Assembly: GCF_009914755.1 (NCBI RefSeq)
Contig: NC_060932.1
Source of the DNA: the human T2T-CHM13v2.0 reference genome, Homo sapiens
Direction: 5' to 3' (one strand)
Length of the DNA stretch: 64,000 bases
The notes under the pieces were generated by a model. It was not told the DNA's origin. It did no database searches and saw only the letters and a program-made list of their open reading frames with translations. Shown in pieces: positions 1 through 17,112 of the stretch (its first letter is position 1; the number at the start of each line of letters is the position of its first letter). The position numbers and the translations under genes are program-made.

Positions 1-20
1 ATTCTCTGAAAACACAGTGA

Positions 21-436
<416 letters not shown>

Positions 437-957
437 TTATCTGATATTCATGGAGTTATTTAATGAACAGTAGTATCTCTTACCATTCTGGAACAAAACA
501 AGAAACCTTTGAGAGGAATCTCCCCCCACCTCCCCAGATATATAGGAGGGGACAGTGGGCAACACTATTATGGCTCCTTTCTTGTTGTCTTGGCCACTTG
601 GGGCTCTGGTCTCAGCCTTTCTGGATTGCCATAATCTGTTGGGCCCTATGGAGCCAAAGGGAGTAAACAGAATAGTACTGTTCTGGGTTGTTGAGGGATT
701 CGGTGAGATTCCCTAGGTAGGTTTTGGTCAACAAGCAGGCATTTCATAATCCTCTCTACCTCCTGCCCTGCCCTGGGGATTGTGAGGATTGTCTGCATTC
801 CTCTGTGGAACTGGAATGTGGCTGCAGTGATGGTGTCTGCAGAGATGTTGAAGCTGCTCCTCTCTCCTGCCCTCTATCTTGGCCTCGCCCGGTCCTAGCC
901 GGGGTAAGTGAACATCAATCCCATGGACAGAGTCTTCTCTGAAAACTGCTTTATGGA

Positions 958-1229
958 TTTTTTTTTTTTCCCAGACAGGGTCTTGCTCTGTCGCCCAGGC
1001 TGGAGTGCAGTGGCACAATCTCACTGCAACCTCAGCTTCCTGGGCTTAAGTAATCCTCCCACCTCAGCCACCCGAGTAGTTGGGACTACAGGTGCATGCT
1101 ATGATGCCCAGCTAATTTTTGTATCTTTAGTAGAGACAAGGTTTCACCATGTTGCCCAGGCTGGTCTTGAACTCCTGGACTCAAGCGATCTACCTGCCTC
1201 AGCCTCCCAAAGTGCTGGGATTACAAGCC
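958..1229 (-). mobile_element. Alu (J/S)
   Basis: Antisense Alu consensus; TSD-like ctgc(t/c)ttatggat. Confidence 0.92.
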
Positions 1230-1348
1230 TGCCTTATGGATCTTAATGTCTTGGCCCGAGGGCATTGGCTCTGCCTGGCTCCAGAGGGATATGAAGCCAT
1301 TCCTGGGGGACACCATTGTTTTCTAGTTAATATTATCAGTCCTGTAGT

Positions 1349-1510
1349 CCAGTGATTTTCAAATTTTAGTGTAGTCAGAATCACCAGAAGGGCTTGTTGA
1401 AACCCAGACAGCTGGACCCCTCCCTAGAGACTTAGGATGAGGCCTGAGAATTGGATCTAACAAGCTCACAGGTGACACTGAAGTTGACGACCTTGTATCT
1501 CACTTTAAGC
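1349..1510. mobile_element. MER5-like hAT DNA transposon remnant
   Basis: cagtgattttcaaa...agaatcacc...ggcctgagaat...ctaacaagctcacaggtga. Confidence 0.65.
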
Positions 1511-1654
1511 AAAGTCTTCCCATAGGAACCATTGTTCCTCCCTGCCCATAGGTAATATCTTCTACTTGGGCCCTCTGCTTCCACTGTGGCCTGCTTACAA
1601 CCTCACCTACACTTATTAACTAGCAGAGTTCACTGAGTCTGCTTAAAACCTTAA

Positions 1655-3123
1655 ACTTCAAACTATACCACAAGGCTACAGTAACCAAAACAGCATGATA
1701 CTAGTACCAAAACAGAGATATAGACCAATGGAACAGAATGGAGGCCTCAGAAATAATACCACACATCTACAACCATCTGAACTTTGACAAACCTGACAAA
1801 AACAAGCAATGGGGAAAGAATTCCCTATTTAATAATGGTGTCAGGAAAACCGGCTAGCCATATGTAGAAAACTGAAACTGGACCCCTTCCTTATACCTTA
1901 TACAAAAATTAACTCAAGATGGATTAAAGGCTTAAACATAAGACCTAAAACCATAAAAACCCTAGATGAAAACCTAGGCAACACCATTCAGGACATAGGC
2001 ATGGGCAAAGACTTCATGACTAAAACACCAAAAGCAATGGCAACAAAAGCCAGAATTGACAAATGGGATCTAATTAAACTAAAGGGCTTCTGCACAGCAA
2101 AAGAAACTACTATCAGAGTCAACAAGGAACCTACAGAATGGGAGAAAATTTTTGCAATCTATCCATCTGACCAATGGCTAATATTCAGAATCTACAAAGA
2201 ACTTAAATTTACAGGGGAAAAAACAAACAAACAAACAAACAAAAACCCCATCAAAAAGTGGGCAAAGGATGTGAACAGACACTTCTCAAAAGAAGACATT
2301 TATATGGCCAACAAACAAATGAAAAACAGAAAACAAAAAACAACTCATCATTACTGGTCATTAGAGAAATGCAATCAAAACCACAATGAGATACCATCTC
2401 ATGCCAGTTAGAATGGTGATCATTAAAAAGTCAGGGAACAACAGATGCTGGAGAGGATGTGGAGAAATAGGGACGCTTTTACACTGTTGGTGGGAATGTA
2501 AATTAGTTCAACCATTGTGGAAGACAGTGGGGTGATTCCTCAAGGATCTAGAACCAGAAATACCATTTGACCCAGCAATCCAATTACTGGGTATATACCC
2601 AAAAGATTATAAATCATTCTACTATAAAGACACATGCACATATATGTTTATAGCAGCACTTTTTACAATAACAAAGACCTGGAACCAACCCAAATGCCCA
2701 TCACTGATAGACTGGATAAAGAAAATGTGGCACATATACACCATGGAATACTATGCAGCCATAAAAAAGAATGCATTCATGTCCTTTGCAGGGACTTGGA
2801 TGAAGCTGGAAACCATCATTCTCAGCAAATTAACACAGGAACGAAAAACCAAACACAGCATGTTCTCATTCAGAAGTGGGAGTTGAACAATGAGAACATA
2901 TGGACACAGGGAGGGGAACATCACACACTGGGGCCTGTTGGGGGATGGGGGGCAAGGGGAGGGATGGCATTAGGAGAAATACCCAGTGCATGCGGGGCTT
3001 AAAACCTAGAAGATGGGTTGATGGGTGCAGCAAACCACCATGGCACACGCATATCTATGTAACAAACCTGCGTGTTCTGTACATGTATCCCAGAACTTAA
3101 AGTACAAACAAACAAACAAAAAA
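1655..3123 (+). mobile_element. 5'-truncated L1PA (ORF2 C-terminus, 3' UTR, A-rich tail)
   Basis: Frameshifted ORF2 peptides [16 protein letters not shown]..., WIKKMWHIYTMEYYAAIKK; G-rich 3' UTR. Confidence 0.96.
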
Positions 3124-3439
3124 CCTCCACAAAAACCCTATCTCCAGGCTTCCCATTGTATCTCCTGACTTTTTTGAAATCCTGAGCAGCCTGTTCCTGT
3201 TGATCGAGTGAATGAGCATTCTCTGAAATTGCAGTGAGTGAGTTCTCCATCACTAGAGGTAGTCAAGAAGAGGTTGGAATCACACACAATTGGATGAGGT
3301 AAATAGAATTCATTTGTTAGATAGACTATGCAGGCCTAAGATTGTTTAGTATTCACGGAGTTATTTTGTGAACACTAGTGTCTTCCAGCCTCATCAAGTG
3401 GTCCCTCCCTCTGTAGCCCCACATCCTGGTCTTTGATCA

Positions 3440-3778
3440 GTTCCCTGACACCCTTCCCTGGGCACCACAGGACCTTTGCACTTGCTGGTCCCAGATCCTA
3501 GAATGCTTTTTCCCCAGCTTGTTGAAAAGCTGATTCTCATCCTAACTTCAATATCACCTCCTCAGACCACCCCTTCTAATAGACTCATTCCCTAACCTCC
3601 ATTTCTCATCACTGGATGCTGCTGAATTTCACTGTGGCACCAGTCATAGTCTGTAAAAAAAATTTATTAAATTATTTGGCTCTTTGATTTTGGTGTGACT
3701 CCTCCCCTAGAGAAAAGAAACTGACTTTGTCCTTGAACTCTGTGTTGTCTGACACTCAGTGGGTGGTTCATACATATT
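3440..3778 (+). mobile_element. L2 3' remnant
   Basis: ggacctttgcacttgctg...ctagaatgct motif and degenerate L2 3' end. Confidence 0.55.
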
Positions 3779-3779
3779 C

Positions 3780-3935
3780 TTTTTTTAAAATTAATTTTAA
3801 TTTTTATTTTACATTCCGAGGTACATGTGCAGGATGTGCAGATTTGTTGCATAGGTAAACGTGTGCCATGGTGGTTTGCTGCACCTATCAACCCATCACC
3901 TAGTTATTAAGCCCAGCATGCATTAGCTATTTTTT
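3780..3935 (-). mobile_element. L1PA 3'-end fragment
   Basis: ggtacatgtgcaggatgtgcag...gctgcacctatcaaccc. Confidence 0.9.
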
Positions 3936-4149
3936 CTATGAAAGGTGAGCAAATGCTTGTATACAGGCTGCAGAGGGTTAGGTCAAGGCTGAACCATGTA
4001 GTCTAAATTTTGGAGTGACTGCAGTGAAGCCCCTCCATGGTGGAAGAAAATGGAATGTCCTTGTTGGAGCTGGCCAGAACTGGGCAGATCCAGAGGCTGG
4101 AGGTAATGGCAATAACTCTGACTGCTAATAATAAAATAAGAACGTAAAA

Positions 4150-4335
4150 GAGTGCTTACAGTGTGTTACAGGCACTGCTTTAAGTGCATTACGTCATTTA
4201 GTTTCCACAGTTGTCTCCATGTTACAGAGGAGAGGACTGAGGCACAGAGTATTACAATAAGAAACTTGGCCCACAGTCAGCGAGCAAGAAAGCCTAGATT
4301 CATACCTGGGCATATGGCTTCAGAGTCCACACGCT
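4150..4335 (-). mobile_element. MIR
   Basis: ttacagaggagaggactgaggcacagag...aacttggcccacagtca core. Confidence 0.65.
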
Positions 4336-5394
4336 TGGCGCCTGCACTGCACCGAGAGGGGCTGCTGGGCCGGGAGTCCCCCACCTGCTCTCTGTTTTCA
4401 AACTCCCCATTTCACACCCATGCCAGGTGTGATGAAATCCTCTAGGTGATGGGCAGTGGACATGAGTGGTTCTGGTTACAGTTGGACTTCACTGGCCTGT
4501 CCCACACCTGAGGATATGGATTCTAGCCCATGGGACCATAAGCCAGGCCCCCTGAGGGTCTGTTATTTGTCTGGGAAGTGGCAGCGCTCTTTGGAATCTT
4601 GTTCATGACTGACAAACACCCCCACGCCCCTTCAGCCATAATTATCACCTAGTCCCCAGAGAAGGGCCATGGGTGGGCTGACTGTAGAGATAGACGCTTG
4701 GGTCTCTGGCTGGGAACACCACATGCAAGAGAAGAGGCCATGGGCTCGCCTTCCATCCAGCTGAAGTCTTTCTGGCCGGGCTGCAGGCTTCATGCAACAC
4801 CTTTCAACCTGTAAAAGGAAAAAAGAAGGCCGGGGGTGGGCCTCAGCTGCTGCCACTGGCATTGTATCACTGAAGCGTTTTTTGTTGTTGTTTTTTTTTT
4901 TTTTGAATACCGGAAATTAAGGGGAAATTCGGAAACCTCATAATGGCTTCATGAACCATTGCACTTGGAAAATGTACTTTTGAAAAATTCCCTTGATTTA
5001 TTGTTTTTCGGAGGCTGTAGATAACATTAGAGTATATTATTCCTATATAATTTCCTGAGTTTTCTATGTCAATTACTTTGTTTTATTAAAGAGAAAAAAG
5101 GAACTAATATTGATTGAGGCCCTCCTGTGTGCCAGGCTAAATGGTCATCCCTTTCAGTTGTTAGTTACAAAGTGACCCTATGAAGCAGAGAAGATGAGTA
5201 TTGTTTAGCGATGGGGAAACGGAGCCAGGGGAGGAACTTGCCCCAGCTCATGGCTAGGATTTGGAATTCTGTCCCAGTGTTCATACTCTTTTGTGTTGTC
5301 AGGTATGATCAGCCTATGTACTGCTTCCTTGACTTAGATTTTTGTGGGGTAGAGAATATCAGTTGTAGCTCTAAAGGGGTGTGATTATTTATGA

Positions 5395-5692
<298 letters not shown>

Positions 5693-5918
5693 TCATTTAT
5701 GAATTTTAAAAATATATGTGTATATGTAATATCTGATTATATATCACATCACAATTTGCTGCAGAGTGAGGTTGTCCTTCCTAAAGTACTTGTCTTGCAA
5801 GGCTATGGACAGATACTGGTAATGGAACCTGTGCTCAGAATTGTTGGGAATCTGTAGTTTAAAGGTTTGTCATTTGGAGGAATATCAAGTAAACCCTATG
5901 GGGTCAAAAACAAGGTCT

Positions 5919-6200
5919 AGCCAGGTGCGGTGGTTCATGCCTGTAATTCCAGCATTTTGGGAGGCTGAGGCGAGTGGATTACCTGAGGTCAGGAGTTCAA
6001 GACCAGCCTGGCCAACATGGTGAAACCCCGTTTCTACTAAAAATACAAAACTTAGCTGGGTGTGCTGGCAGGCACCTGTAATCCCAGCTACTCAGGAAGC
6101 TGAAACAGGAGAATCACTTGAACTCGGGAGGTGGAAGTTTCAGTGAGTCGAGATGGTGCCACTGGACTCCAACCTGGTCAACAGAGTGAGCCTGACTCTG
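5919..6200 (+). mobile_element. AluS
   Basis: Sense Alu dimer. Confidence 0.94.
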
Positions 6201-6324
6201 ATGATAGTAATAAATAATAATGGTAGCTTCTATTTATTGTTTACTACTATGTGCCAGACACTATTCTAGGTGCTTTTCATCAATTAGCTCATTTCATCTT
6301 CGTTATAACCCTATGTTCTAAGTA

Positions 6325-6670
6325 CAGTCATGTACCACATAATGATGTGTGGATCAGCAATGGACCGTATATACAACGGTGGCCCTATGAGATTATAATA
6401 CAGTATTTTTACTGTACTTCTTCTATGTTTAGATATGATTAGATACACAAATGCTCACCATTGTATTAAGTTGACTCCGATGTTCAGTACAGTAACATGC
6501 CATTCAGGACTGCAGCCTAGAAGCAGTAGGCTGTACCATATAGTCCAGATGTGTAGTGAGTAGGCTGTCATCTAGTTTTGTACAAACTCCCTCTGTAATG
6601 TTCGCACAACGAAATTGCCTAACGCCGCATTTCTCAGAATGTATCTCTACCCTTAAGCAACGTGTGACTG
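6325..6670. mobile_element. Tigger3a/MER7A-like DNA transposon inserted in a MIR
   Basis: Inverted ends cagtcatg...cgtgtgactg, TA at the left end; MIR sequence on both sides. Confidence 0.8.
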
Positions 6671-6760
6671 TCCTATTATCATCACCCCATTTTACAGATG
6701 AAGGAGCTGTGGCAAGAAATTGACTAACTTGGCCCAAGGTCACCCATATAATAAAAGGCG

Positions 6761-7110
<350 letters not shown>

Positions 7111-7179
7111 AGAGCTGGGACTTGAAGCCAGATAATAAGGCAGGCAGAGGGCATACGAAACACCCAGATGGGTCATGAG

Positions 7180-7565
7180 CCCGTGCATCAGTCAGGGTCT
7201 AATGGCTCAGCTGAGGAAGGGAGGTTTAAGGAAGAGACTGTGGACAGAGGTGTTAGGGAAGGTGTCAGAGAAGGTTAAGGAGCCAACATGGATCATGGGG
7301 GTGGTACAGTGTTGCCAGGGCTGGGGAGGATTGGCTGCAGTGTGGGGTACCCAGCCGCTGCCATGTGGAGAGGGACCTGTCACTCCTGCTGTGAACTCTC
7401 CCTTCTTCTGCCCTCTGACCTCCTGCTGGTGCCTCCCATTGGCTAAACACAATTGATGGCCAGTGCACTGGGGAGCTGTTCTTGGAGCCCACAGGCATCT
7501 GCTTCTTGGCACAGAGCAGACAATGGATTGAGTCGGGAGGGAGGGGAACTAGAGAATACCCAAGT
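7180..7565. mobile_element. Possible old ERVL-type LTR remnant
   Basis: Weak resemblance to LTR16/LTR33-class sequence. Confidence 0.35.
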
Positions 7566-8759
7566 CCCAATGGCTGGAGAGGAGTGAGCAGGTAAAGGGG
7601 GTAGAAGGTGAAGTCAGAGAGGCCGGGGTCCACACTACACAGGGCCTTTGGCTTTCTTCGGAAGGAGCAGGAAGCCAGTGGAGGGTTTGAGCAGATGTGT
7701 GCATCACGGCCACTGCCATCAGGAGAACGTCTTTCTCTATGCTAGGTGTGAACAGTCACCCCTTCCTCTCCCTTTCTCAGGATGAGTGCTGAGGAGGAAA
7801 AGGCCCTTTCCTCCAATGTCTTCAGAGGAGACGTCTGCCCAGTCCAGACTACGTGCCTCATGCCAGCCAGCCTGTAAATGACAGGAAAGAGAAAGGAGCA
7901 GTGTCTCAAAAGAGGATATTCTGGAACGTTTGATAATCAGAGCCCATTGTAAAGTCATGTTTTGAGTTACAGCATTTAAATCTTTGTTCCAGTGGAAAAC
8001 TTTTACAGGCCGTCCTGGGCAAGGCTTGAATCCTGTTTGGATCTCCAAAGGCCTTAAAATAGTGTGGGATGCCGGGAGACTGGCTCCAAAAGGGAGGAGA
8101 CCTGTGCTGGCAGCCCTGGCCACACCTTGGTGGGACCGGCTCCTGGCCTTGGGGACCCTGCCACTCTCCTAGCTGTGCTTCCGCAGAGCTGGACACACAA
8201 AAGCTTTCTTGTCTGGATTTGTTCCCCTAAGAGGGTGGCACCGAACTGGTCCTGCCCATGCAGGAAGCTGGTCCTGTCCAACCAGGGAATGAAAAGTTGG
8301 CCAGTATCTTCTCAGGCCACGCTACAGCCAAGTCTCTTTTAATGAGCTGGTTCTCTTAGGATGCCCAGGGGAGGGAGAACACACTTGAGTGGGATGGCGA
8401 ATGAAGAAGGAAGCGGCTGTTCAGACAGCTTCCAGTTCTGTCAGGTTCTGCTGCTGTGACCAAGGCACCAAGTCATCTGGAAACCCACTGCAGGCAGCAA
8501 CCTCTTTTTCACCTTTGTGTGCCCCAAAGCTTGCTCCGGGAATCGATGGTTTGGGAAACAATGCTTGCTGTCTTTGAGTCCTCAGTCCTGTAAAATGGGG
8601 AAAGTATACATCAGAGGGCATTTGAGAGTAAGGCAAGAAGCGCTTGGCATGTGCCTGGCACATAGTACCTGTTCAGCAGATTCCCTTTCAGCTCAGGGTT
8701 AGATCTTCATCCACCTCTTGTTGGCCTGAAGGAAGGGGAGGTAGGTACTATTAGCCCCA

Positions 8760-9055
<296 letters not shown>

Positions 9056-9222
9056 TTATTAGCTCCATTTTATAGGAGGTGAAATTAGACAGCAAGAGGC
9101 TAAATGCCATGGCTGAGGTAAGATCTGTGGTAGCATCCAAGTCTTGACCCCAGACTTGGTGTACTTCTCATCACAGATGCAATTTTGTGCCTCATCATCT
9201 GACCCAGGAGCTACACATCTGC

Positions 9223-9518
<296 letters not shown>

Positions 9519-9751
9519 AAAGTTGTTATTTTAAAATTATTATTTATTTATATTTGTTATTATATTTTTTATTTATATATATTTTGTTATCTTATTTTTA
9601 AAAGTTGTATGGCCCATTTAAACTTTTGCAGAAATAGTTTTTTGAATCCATGGATTTAATGCTTTCCTCTTTAAATTTTTTTTAAGTCAATTTAGAGTTT
9701 TTAAGACAAAAACTGGAAAACGGCTTTGCTCTTTTGTGGAACTGCTCTGGA

Positions 9752-10060
9752 TTTTTTTTTTTTTTTAAGAAAGAATTTTGCTCCATCACCCAGGCTGGAG
9801 TGCAGAAGTACAATCATATCTCACTGCAGGTTTCAACTCCTGGGATCCAGTGATCCTCTTGCCTCAGCTTCCTGAATAGCTGGGAATACAGGTGTGCGCT
9901 ACCGCACCAGGCTATTTTTTTTTTAATTTAAATTTTTTTTGTAGAGATAGGGTCTCTCTTTGTTGCTCAGGCTGGTCTTGAACTCCTGGCTTCAAGCAAT
10001 CCTACCACCTCAGCCTCCCAGCGAGTTGAGATTAAAGGTGTGAGCCACTGTGCATGGCCT
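9752..10060 (-). mobile_element. AluJ-like
   Basis: Diverged antisense Alu. Confidence 0.9.
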
Positions 10061-10567
10061 GTGTTGAATTTTTTGTCTCCCCATTCCCAAGTAGCAACTC
10101 TGGACTCCACAGAAAGGCCGAGTCTCTCCAAGACCCAGCCGTCTTGGAGGGTCATCTGTCCACTCCTCCAAAGAGGGTGAGACAGGGCCAATAATGAAGT
10201 GATCACTGTGCACCAACCCTCCCTCTTGCTTCAGAAGAGACCTTTTCATCCCTGAGCCAATTAATCAATTTCAAGAGATAGCATCTGAGTGAGATGGGTC
10301 ACCAAGTCACAGAGGCCCTCAGCTCCTGTGCCGGCTCTCAAAGGGGGTTGAATGAGGTGGCCTTAACAGATTGCCTAGTACCCAACTTCCTAGAGTTCGT
10401 ATAGTAGAGAGCAAGTAGCATAGGGCTAGAAGGCCAGGTCACAATACCCTCTCTGGAGTCTTCTGAATGTATGACCAATAGGCAAGAGCCCCAGTTTCCT
10501 GGTCTACAGAAGTGACAGATGGGACCCTACCTACCACACAGGTTCTGAGGATAAAAATAGTGATATG

Positions 10568-10860
10568 GGCTGGGCACGGTGGCTCGTGCCTGTAATCTCA
10601 GCACTTTGGGAGGCTGAGGCGGGTGGATCACTTGAGGTCAGGAGTTCGAGACCAACCTGGGCAACATGGCAAAACCCCATTTCTACTAAAAATACAAAAA
10701 TTAGCTGAGTGTGATGGTGCATGCCTGTAATCCCAGCTACTCAGGAGGGAACTGCTTGAACCCGGGAGGTGGAGGTTGCGGTGAGCTGGGATCATGCCAC
10801 TGCACTCCAGCTTGCGCAACAGAGCGAGACTCTGTCTCAAAAAACAAACAAACAACAAAA
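10568..10860 (+). mobile_element. AluS
   Basis: Sense Alu with a small right-arm deletion. Confidence 0.93.
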
Positions 10861-10939
10861 CAGGTAATATGGTTGGAAGAGGTTTATCCTTGCCAAGTTT
10901 TTGTAAATCAAACAGCTCTTGAGAGATGCCTGTTTGGCT

Positions 10940-11238
<299 letters not shown>

Positions 11239-11454
11239 TGTTTGGCTGTTTTTTAATAGGAGGTGGGAATCCCTTGTCTTCCTGGGCAGACTAGATGTGA
11301 TGTGTTCACAGGGAGCTTTGTACAGATTGCTTGAGAGAAGCACCTTTCTTTCCAGAGTGGCTGCTTGGACGATGCCTTCCAAAGCTGCTAAGTCCTGTGG
11401 CAGGGGATTGTTGATATTCTTCATGGTTTCTCTGGGGAGCCTCCTAGCCTCTGA

Positions 11455-11707
<253 letters not shown>

Positions 11708-12104
11708 GCATGTCTACATTATTAAAAGGATCTATTTGCATGAGTTAGCAGAATGTAGTGCCCTCTCGTGAATGAGAAAAGCCGCCCAGTCCTGATTGCA
11801 GCCTCATAATGGGTCTGAAATGACAAGTGTGAAGCAGTGGGCAGAGCCAAGACCACCTTTATTTGTGCATCCGTGCTCTTGGGTGGGTATGTTTCACACA
11901 GTTTGTTGTCCTTCTGTCCCTTGCCCATGAGGCCTTAGAAACTCAGCTTGTCTCCACCCATTCCTCTACAACCCACACAACAACTTGTAACCTTTTAATC
12001 TTCTTTGCTTCCTAAAGATGCAACTCATGCCACCTCCCCCAGGAAGTTCTCCCTGACTTCCAATCTTTAGAATAGGCTGCCAGAGATCCCTGTGTTAACT
12101 GTGA

Positions 12105-12506
<402 letters not shown>

Positions 12507-14111
12507 GAGGTGTGTTTTACATGCATCTCACTGCCTGGGACAGCGCCTGGAACCTAGCAGGTGTTTTATGTGTGGGGGGTGTTGGTTGTAGTAGTGGGGA
12601 AAGGTTTCTTAAATGAGGTGTGTTTAGAATTTAGCCCTTTGCAGGGTATAAAATCTGAGAAATAAGGTGTGTGTTGTGACGAGGGATGGCACTGGGGGCC
12701 TGCCTAAAGCACTGGCTTCATTGTGGGGGCTGAGGTGGCTTGTTTCCTTGGAGCTAATGGTCAGAGTGAGGAGCTGGGGACTGAGCTTGGATCTAGATTA
12801 TTGTTGCATGAATGGCCTAAATGAAGAGTGTTTTCTCAAGTCCCTATAGAAGAGGGAGATCCTCATGGCTTTCAAGGAGTCATGCCCAAGATACAGGAAT
12901 GGCTCTCTGGTGGACTGGCTGGGACAGAGGGGAGAGGGTGAAAGTGGGGAGGAGGAGGAAGTTTAACAGTATTTGAAGCATTTGAAAGCCTAGACCCATC
13001 GTACGCTGAAACAGAGAAGAATGGCTAGCCAAAAATACTGTGTGAGTCTAGGAACTTAAGAATGCTAGTCCTTGACCCCAAACATACTTATATAGCAGAC
13101 TCAACATTATTGTCTTCCACCTACCGGATGGGATTATGCAAGTGATATGACCCAGAGCATTCTGGAAGCCGGCAGGGGCATAAATAATACATTAGATATG
13201 CAGATGAACTGCCCAGGGTGTCTCTGGTCTTGGGAAGAATTCTTAGTAGACCTGAGATAATTGCAGAACAGAGTGTCCTGTTTTCCCATCCACAGCCTCC
13301 AGGCCTGGCGAGGATTTTGTGTTCAAAAGAGATTTCCAAGGTGGACATCTCTCTGACACTGGCGATTTTTCTCTCTCACTTGAACAAAACTCGGCGGAAA
13401 GGTCACTCCTATTTGTCTTAGCTTCTCTGTCACATCCCACCCACACTTTGAAAGGTCTGTTCTTAGCGGGGTCCCAGGAAGGCTGTGCTGGCCCTGTCAG
13501 CCCTGAGCTGGGTGGTAGTCCTTTATCAGAGATACCCATGAGAATCACTCACCCTGGAGCCTTTCCCAAGCACACATCGTGGACCCCTCCAGGGCTGCAC
13601 ATGTGCTTTGTAAGGGCTCTTCAGGTGACTGGAGCTTTAAGAGCTACTGAACTAAGTGGTAATAAAAGTGAACAAAGTAACCAGTCTGGAAATGTCAGTA
13701 GAATGGAAAGAAAGAACAGGTGGGAGAGTTCTCCATTTTTTCACGGTAAGACCCGGTTACTTGGCTTTTGTTGAATCCCTGGTGGGTGTCCATGGTGTCT
13801 TTGGCCTTATCTCCCTACTAAACAGGATTACCTGTGTGGGGCACCTTTCCTGGTCTCCTCTCTCTCCAAGGAGCAGGTAGTACTTGGAGGCCGTGGTTAA
13901 TCACATTTCCTAAGTGAGCTTTTCCTTTCTAGAATAATCCTTGCTCTTACCCTTGCATTCCTACTGCATGTTCCCTCAGGCTGAAGCCTTCCTTTACATG
14001 TGAGCATTCTCCTGGATCAACTCCCTGATGACTGGAGCCTGTGCCGTGTGTTTCCAAGTTGCACCCACCACCCACGGAGACTAGCTCATGGCCGAGTGGC
14101 AGCTGGTGTAG

Positions 14112-14750
<639 letters not shown>

Positions 14751-14759
14751 TGATAAGTT

Positions 14760-15345
14760 GCTCTACCCAATCCTAAAAAAGGAAATACAGATAAAAAATA
14801 CCAACGTTGTATAATACACATGTTGTTGATGCGCTCTGTTGTTGGCAAAAGCTGTGTTGCTGGACGGAATGCAAGTGGATGTGGCCCTTTGGGAAGAATT
14901 ATGGCCTTTTGGCATTCTCTATCCAAACTACAAAAGCATGTGCCCTTTGACCTGGCCATCTCATGTTGGGACATTGGGATATTTCCCCTACAGAGATAAC
15001 CTATAGATATTTGTAGGAAAAGAACAGTGCCCAAGGTTATTCATGGAACATTTTTATAAAAGCAAAAGACTGGGAGTAACTCAAACATCTGTGAGTTGAA
15101 GACTGGCAAATGATGACACATTGTGCTAGGCAAGATGCGGAAAGGAATAAGGAAGTGCTGTGTGCACAAACACGGGGAGATCTCAGGATGTATTGTTGAC
15201 ACAAAAAGCACAATGTGGAGCGGGGAGTATGGCATGCCATCTTTTCTGTAAAAAAAAAGCATGGGTGTAGAGGGGATGTAAAAATGTGTCTTTGCACAAA
15301 CTCTGTTAGGATGCACAGGAAACCAACACAAGTGGTGGCCTGTGC
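14760..15345 (+). mobile_element. Old L1M (L1ME-like) 3' remnant
   Basis: Degenerate ORF2-end/3' UTR motifs (tgtgccctttgacctggccatc, gcaaaagactgggagtaactcaaa). Confidence 0.6.
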
Positions 15346-15409
15346 GTGGTGGGAGGAGGGAGATGCAGGGAGGGGAGACTGGGTTAGGGAGGAAGATGCA
15401 TGAAGAAGA

Positions 15410-15495
15410 TTTTTTTTTTCTTTTCAGAGATAAGGTTTCACTCTGTGGCCCAGGCTGGAGTGCAGTGGTGTGATCATAGCTTGCTGCAACCTCAG
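15410..15495 (-). mobile_element. Alu fragment
   Basis: cccaggctggagtgcagtggtgtgatc. Confidence 0.8.
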
Positions 15496-15758
15496 ACTAT
15501 GAAGGAGACTCTTGATTGCGTATCTTTGGGTATCATTTGAATTTTGAAGCATGAATATATTGAAATCGGGAGCAGCTCAAACATTGAGTATATTATCTAT
15601 CATACATTTAATTTAAAAAGTTTATAACCTTGTCATGATTAGGCTGGGGTTATGCATTTTTAGGAGGGAGACCCCAGAGGTAAAACGTCAGTTCTTATCA
15701 CATGTCAAGGTTATGTTCTATTCACGCGACTGATATAAATCCCGGTTGCATATCCCTA

Positions 15759-16310
<552 letters not shown>

Positions 16311-17112
16311 TCAGGGTGGTACTGGTACAGCCTGGCAGAGGACATGATGCTTGCATAGTGTGGAAAGGCCCTCTGAGATATTGCTGGGCCTTAGGGGAGG
16401 AGGTCCAGGCCTAGAGAGGACTGAAGCCCTCCCCAGGGCATGGTGTGGACCACGCTGAAGGGAGGTGGGGTTGGAGACACAGCTGGGAGTCAGATCCCAG
16501 GGGCTCTCCTGTGTGATGCTGAATTGCTGGGAAGGGGATGCCAGCTAGTCTCTTTCTCTGTGCCAACCCTGATTGGTTGGGTGGCTGCTGAGAGCCTTAT
16601 GGTGCCCTGGCTCAGTAGGAAGAGTGTGTGTTCATTTAGTGAGTTTGCCAAAGACAAGGGAAGGGGGTTAGAGAGTAGGTGGCAGATAATGCCGGCCTGG
16701 GGATCCTGGAGGTTTTAGGCTGGCAGACCCTGGCTGAGGCTGTTTTCTGTTCTTTTCCTTAGGCCTTGGGAGACCTTTACCTTTTCAGTGCCTCTAAGAC
16801 AGGGTCAGAGCAGTTTGGTGACAAAGTGGAAGTAAACCATGGGTGAAAAACAGCTCTGGGGACCCTCATAGGCTTCCACTTATTGAGGATTAGGCAGAAC
16901 TTGCAGCTTGGCCCAGCTTTCGAAACAAGGTGTTCCCAGGAGGTGGAAAGACTGGTTTTCAATCAGATAAAGGTAGGATCCTATGAAAAACTCCTAGGGC
17001 CTTGCCGTTCCTATGAAGTGGTAGCTATCATTCACACTCCTAGTTATGCCATCGAGGTAAAAAGAGGTGGAATAAGAATCAGGGACACTTGAAAATAAGA
17101 AAAGAGAAAGAC

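Noticed and set aside
2001-3100. ORFs resembling reverse-transcriptase protein
   Set aside because: Frameshifted C-terminal fragments of L1 ORF2 in a truncated element
2980-3935. Inverted L1 3' ends ~700 bp apart
   Set aside because: Two independent, diverged insertions; a common arrangement
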